A DNA stretch of 6,407 nt from a virus. The stretch's first letter is position 1; each line of letters starts with the position of its first letter. Shown here in pieces: positions 3,794-6,407 of the stretch. The translations under genes and the position numbers were made by a program. Location: positions 1-6,407 of IMG/VR virus record IMGVR_UViG_3300023487_000050, one strand, 5' to 3'. Below the pieces are notes generated by a model, which was not told the DNA's origin, searched no databases, and saw only the letters and a list, made by a program, of their open reading frames with translations.

Positions 3794-5992
3794 ATGGCAC
3801 AAAACATTTTTGACGCTACATTTGATGCGAATAATCGTATAGACGTAAATTCTTTTGATTGGTCTCATGTAAATAACTTGACTACTGATTTTGGTCGTAT
3901 TACTCCTGTATTTTGTGAGCTTGTTCCTGCCAAAGGGTCTCTTCGTATTAATCCCGAGTTTGGACTTGAATTGATGCCTATGGTATTCCCTGTTCAAACA
4001 CGTATGTTTGCTCGTTTGAACTTCTTTAAGGTTACTCTTCGTTCAATGTGGGAGGATTATTCTGATTTTATTTCGAATTTCCGTGATGACCTTGAAGAAC
4101 CTTATATTTTGCCTGACTCTTTTCGATTTGAGAAAATGTGTAAAACTGGTTCGTTAGGTGATTATTTAGGTCTACCTACTTTTGGAACTAAATCTTCAAA
4201 GGTTTATAATTTTGTTGATAATCCTTGTGCTGCTCGCTCACGCACCGTTTCATCCTCTGATTTAGATAAGGTTATGGCATCGGTTCGCTCTGGTCATGGC
4301 TTCCCTGATAGTCTCTGTGCTTCTACCTTTACTCCAGGTGTTTCGAAAATCGTTTCGTTCACTTCTACAAAGTCCTCTAATCCTATTGCGTCTGATATTA
4401 TTCAGATTGGAGTTGATATTACCATTTCTGGTGGTGATTCTGCAGCTTTTGACGGTGCACAAGGTTATTTTGTTTCTCTTTCTGAAGATAATAAATATCT
4501 TTTTGATGTGCCAATTACTTTAAAGTCTGAAAAAGGTGTTATTATGGCTCATATTAGTTCTGTTGAAGCATCTAAATTTGGCTCTTCTTATGGTATTCCG
4601 CTTGTTATTGTTAATCCTTCTAATATTACGGATGTTATTAGCTTTGATAATGTTAAGTTTTCTGTAGTTTACACAACTTATTCTTTACAGTCAGACGTAT
4701 CTTATCTTACTTATCCGTTTGCTACTGAATCTCGCCCGGATATTTCCCGTTTATTGGCTTATCGTTTCCGCACTTATGAGTCTGTATATAATGCGTATTA
4801 TCGTGATATCCGCAACAATCCATTTATAGTTAATGGTCGTCCGGTTTACAACAAGTGGTTGCCTACTATGAAAGGAGGTGCTGACACTACACTGTATGAG
4901 CTTCATCAGTGTAATTGGGAACGTGACTTTTTAACTACTTCTGTTCCGAATCCTCAACAGGGTGCGAACGCTCCTCTTGTTGGACTTACTGTTGGTGATG
5001 TTGTTACTCGTTCTGAGGATGGAACTTACTCTGTACAAAAACAAACTGTTCTTGTTGATGAGGATGGCTCTAAATACGGTGTATCTTATAAAGTGTCTGC
5101 AGATGGTGAACGCCTTGTCGGTGTTGATTATGACCCTGTTTCGGAAAAAACGCCTGTAACAGCTATCAATTCTTATGCTGAATTGGCTGCCCTTGCGACT
5201 GAACAAGGTTCAGGCTTTACAATTGAAACTCTCCGGTATGTTAATGCTTACCAAAAGTTTTTGGAACTTAACATGCGTAAAGGATTTTCCTACAAACAAA
5301 TTATGCAAGGTCGTTGGGATATTGATATTCGTTTTGACGAGTTGTTGATGCCTGAATTTATCGGAGGTATCTCTCGTGAATTGTCTATGCGTACCGTTGA
5401 ACAAACCGTTGATCAGCAAAATGAAAACTCTCAAGGCCAATATGCTGAAGCTCTTGGCTCAAAAACTGGTATTGCTGGTGTTTATGGCTCTACACCTAAT
5501 AATATTGAGGTTTTCTGCGATGAAGAATCTTATATTATTGGTTTGTTAACTGTAACTCCTGTACCTATTTACACGCAATTAATGCCTAAGGATTTTATAT
5601 ACAACGGTTTATTAGACCACTACCAGCCGGAATTTGACCGCATAGGATTTCAGCCTATTACGTATAAGGAAATTTGCCCAATGAATGTTGTTGCAAATGA
5701 CAGTGCTAATCAATTGAGTAGAACGTTTGGCTATCAGCGTCCATGGTATGAATATGTAGCTAAATATGATAATGCGCACGGTTTGTTCCGAACGAGTATG
5801 AAAAATTTTGTCATGTCTCGTGTGTTCTCTGGGCTTCCTCAACTCGGTCAGCAATTTTTACTTGTTGACCCTGATACGGTTAACCAAGTATTCAGCGTTA
5901 CCGAGTACACGGATAAGATTTTCGGCTACGTGAAGTTTAACGCTACCGCTCGATTACCAATTAGTCGTGTTGCGATACCGCGATTAGATTAA
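3794..5992 (+). CDS. VP1: Major capsid protein VP1 (phiX174 F-protein family), 732 aa
   Basis: This is the largest ORF. Several microvirus F/VP1 signatures are visible in the translation: N-terminal FDWSHVNNLTTDFGRITPVFCELVPAKGSL, then GDYLGLP, then LAYRFRTYESVYNAYYRD, and TIETLRYVNAYQKFLELNMRKG. The large size fits Alpavirinae-like capsids. Confidence 0.95.
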   Translation: MAQNIFDATFDANNRIDVNSFDWSHVNNLTTDFGRITPVFCELVPAKGSLRINPEFGLELMPMVFPVQTRMFARLNFFKVTLRSMWEDYSDFISNFRDDLEEPYILPDSFRFEKMCKTGSLGDYLGLPTFGTKSSKVYNFVDNPCAARSRTVSSSDLDKVMASVRSGHGFPDSLCASTFTPGVSKIVSFTSTKSSNPIASDIIQIGVDITISGGDSAAFDGAQGYFVSLSEDNKYLFDVPITLKSEKGVIMAHISSVEASKFGSSYGIPLVIVNPSNITDVISFDNVKFSVVYTTYSLQSDVSYLTYPFATESRPDISRLLAYRFRTYESVYNAYYRDIRNNPFIVNGRPVYNKWLPTMKGGADTTLYELHQCNWERDFLTTSVPNPQQGANAPLVGLTVGDVVTRSEDGTYSVQKQTVLVDEDGSKYGVSYKVSADGERLVGVDYDPVSEKTPVTAINSYAELAALATEQGSGFTIETLRYVNAYQKFLELNMRKGFSYKQIMQGRWDIDIRFDELLMPEFIGGISRELSMRTVEQTVDQQNENSQGQYAEALGSKTGIAGVYGSTPNNIEVFCDEESYIIGLLTVTPVPIYTQLMPKDFIYNGLLDHYQPEFDRIGFQPITYKEICPMNVVANDSANQLSRTFGYQRPWYEYVAKYDNAHGLFRTSMKNFVMSRVFSGLPQLGQQFLLVDPDTVNQVFSVTEYTDKIFGYVKFNATARLPISRVAIPRLD

Positions 5993-6014
5993 GAAAATAA
6001 TTTTTTCTTTTTTT
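5991..6014 (+). terminator. Weak A/T hairpin plus T tract overlapping the VP1 stop; possible leaky terminator
   Basis: AAGAAAA (5991-5997) pairs with TTTTCTT (6003-6009) around the loop TAATT, followed by TTTTT (6010-6014). The stem has only one G:C pair, so stability is doubtful. It lies within a 19-nt all-pyrimidine tract (6001-6019). Confidence 0.25.
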
Positions 6015-6035
6015 CTTCCGACATTGCATTTCTCT

Positions 6036-6158
6036 GGCATGTGTGTGCGACTTGCTCCAAGGGTTCTAGTAGTAATAATTGTTAAATATTAGAACTCTGT
6101 TATAATATTTAATCAATTATTAGCACTAGGTTCATTGGACTTGTCGCGCGCGCATACC
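6036..6158 (+). repeat. ~123-nt imperfect palindrome (rod-like hairpin) in the main noncoding region; candidate ssDNA origin or structural element
   Basis: The pairings were read by hand. Outer stem: GGCATGTGTGTGCGAC (6036-6051) with GTCGCGCGCGCATACC (6143-6158), giving 12 Watson-Crick pairs, 3 G:T pairs and 1 mismatch. Next: TCCAA 6056-6060 with TTGGA 6135-6139, and CTAGT 6066-6070 with ACTAG 6125-6129. Core: TAATAATTGTTAAATATT 6073-6090 with AATATTTAA-T-CAATTATTA 6104-6122, 18 bp with T6113 bulged. The apical loop is AGAACTCTGTTAT (6091-6103). Confidence 0.75.
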
Positions 6159-6166
6159 TATCTTTG
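6159..6166 (+). promoter_or_regulatory. Bacteroidetes-type -7 promoter box (TAnnTTTG) for the 107-aa ORF plus VP2 unit
   Basis: TATCTTTG at 6159-6166 begins immediately after the 3' arm of the long palindrome and is identical to the box at 3038-3045. The shared context is C-Y-TATCTTTG-Y-A. Partial -33 candidates are TTGG at 6135-6138 and CTTG at 6140-6143. The next ATG with a long ORF is at 6346, implying a ~170-nt leader. Confidence 0.45.
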
Positions 6167-6184
6167 CAATTTCGTAAGATTAAA

Positions 6185-6311
6185 AGGGAAAAGTATTTTC
6201 CCTCTGCGTGAAACGCAAATTAATAGCAACTCTGTTGCGTGCGTCAGGGATAGTAGGCGAGTATCGGAGTGAAACGGAGATATGTTTGAGCCGGATAGCC
6301 CGCCCGGACGC
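6185..6311 (+). other. GC-rich cluster of triloop mini-hairpins plus a 71-nt imperfect rod, in the leader or origin region
   Basis: Hairpin 1: AGGGAAAA 6185-6192 / TTTTCCCT 6196-6203, loop GTA. Hairpin 2: TGCGT 6205-6209 / ACGCA 6213-6217, loop GAA. Hairpin 3: GCAAC 6226-6230 / GTTGC 6234-6238, loop TCT. Rod: GCGTC-A-GGG 6241-6249 pairs with CCC-G-GACGC 6303-6311 and encloses GGC/GCC (6256-6258 / 6298-6300), TATC/GATA (6262-6265 / 6294-6297) and GG/CC (6266-6267 / 6291-6292). The octamer GTGAAACG occurs twice (6208-6215, 6269-6276). Confidence 0.55.
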
Positions 6312-6345
6312 CCAAATAAATATTAAAATTTTAAATTTTACAATT

Positions 6346-6407
6346 ATGGCTAGAAATACAAAACCGGATTATAAATCCGTAACATGTGAATTTGATGTAC
6401 AAAAAGA
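6346..6407 (+). CDS. 5' end of the junction-spanning 107-aa ORF (continues at position 1 once the 55-nt overlap is collapsed)
   Basis: ATG at 6346-6348 followed by GCT AGA AAT ACA AAA CCG GAT... (MARNTKPDYKSVTCEFDVQK). From 6353 onward the sequence duplicates 1..55 and is in frame with the ORF that ends at 317. Confidence 0.7.
   Translation, partial: MARNTKPDYKSVTCEFDVQK
6353..6407. repeat. Terminal redundancy: second copy of 1..55
   Basis: Exact 55/55 identity with 1..55. Confidence 0.9.

Noticed and set aside
4296-5159. Leu-rich + strand alternative-frame ORFs inside VP1 (4296..4523 and 4962..5159), and similar ones inside the 107-aa ORF and VP2 (154..435, 396..596, 1275..1478).
   Set aside because: Their hydrophobicity is the predictable result of frame-shifting T-rich codons, which puts T at the second codon position. 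They have no independent start context and sit in highly constrained structural genes. Only the longest case, inside Rep, was kept, as a low-interest finding.
84-5854. All minus-strand ORFs in the track: 84..308, 298..558, 426..674, 569..766, 1013..1222, 2525..2740, 3722..3997, 4262..4462, 4931..5206, 5210..5440 and 5612..5854.
   Set aside because: Each lies entirely antisense to a well-supported + strand gene. They are short and rich in Arg, Ser, Ile and Phe, as expected from reading an A-rich complement. Microviruses transcribe only one strand, and none has a promoter-like box or intergenic space of its own.
6073-6122. The AT-rich palindrome as an XerC/D dif-like integration site (Bacteroidetes microvirus prophages are reported to use host Xer recombinases), or as a geminivirus/circovirus-type nonanucleotide origin (TAATATTTA vs TAATATTAC).
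   Set aside because: The arms are separated by 13 nt, not the ~6-nt dif spacer, and I cannot match them to a dif consensus from memory. The nonanucleotide-like string lies in the stem, not the loop. Microvirus two-tyrosine Reps are not known to need a hairpin-loop nick site. These remain only as minor alternatives in the palindrome finding.
6241-6311. A 71-nt segment with a 7-bp-like closing stem (GCGTCAG / CCGGACGC) and a GATA...TATC arm containing GG, superficially tRNA-sized.
   Set aside because: No cloverleaf can be drawn. There is no 5-bp anticodon stem with a 7-nt loop and no T-arm or TTC-like loop, the junction spacing is wrong, and the acceptor stem has an A-G mismatch. The segment folds better as an imperfect rod.
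6282-6326. A 14-codon upstream ORF (MFEPDSPPGRPNKY) in the leader, about 20 nt before the ATG at 6346.
   Set aside because: It is too short to support as a gene. It lies within the predicted 71-nt rod structure and has no SD or other start signal. It might act as a regulatory uORF, but nothing in the sequence alone supports that.
1-6407. CRISPR arrays, rRNA or tRNA genes, an integrase or transposase, toxin-antitoxin systems or defence systems.
   Set aside because: There are no spaced direct-repeat arrays and no ORF with recombinase or defence-like motifs. After the phage core genes and four small ORFs are placed, no coding capacity remains.

Overview
The window is a complete, circularly permuted genome of a small ssDNA phage of the family Microviridae. 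Bases 1-55 are identical to 6353-6407, so the true circle is about 6,352 nt; the 55-nt overlap looks like an assembler artefact. All credible genes lie on the + strand, which is visibly T-rich, as expected for a packaged microvirus strand. In circular order the genes are: a 107-aa ORF that crosses the artificial contig ends (6346..6352 joined to 1..317), a VP2/H-like pilot protein (320-1471), a VP4/gpA-like HUH rolling-circle Rep (1637-2992), four tightly packed small ORFs (3085-3790, one too short for the supplied ORF track), and a large 732-aa F-family major capsid protein VP1 (3794-5992). There are three noncoding regions. Region 1472-1636 holds a clean intrinsic terminator and further hairpins. 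Region 2993-3084 holds a promoter-like box. Region 5993-6345 (353 nt) is the most unusual part: it contains a ~123-nt rod-like imperfect palindrome, then a promoter-like box, then a GC-rich cluster of triloop mini-hairpins. Two intergenic TATCTTTG boxes match the Bacteroidetes -7 consensus TAnnTTTG, and most genes lack a Shine-Dalgarno sequence. Together with the large VP1, this suggests a Bacteroidales-infecting (Alpavirinae-like) microvirus, but that is inference. I saw no integrase, tRNA, CRISPR array or known lysis gene. All homology statements rest on motifs recognised by eye, not on database searches.
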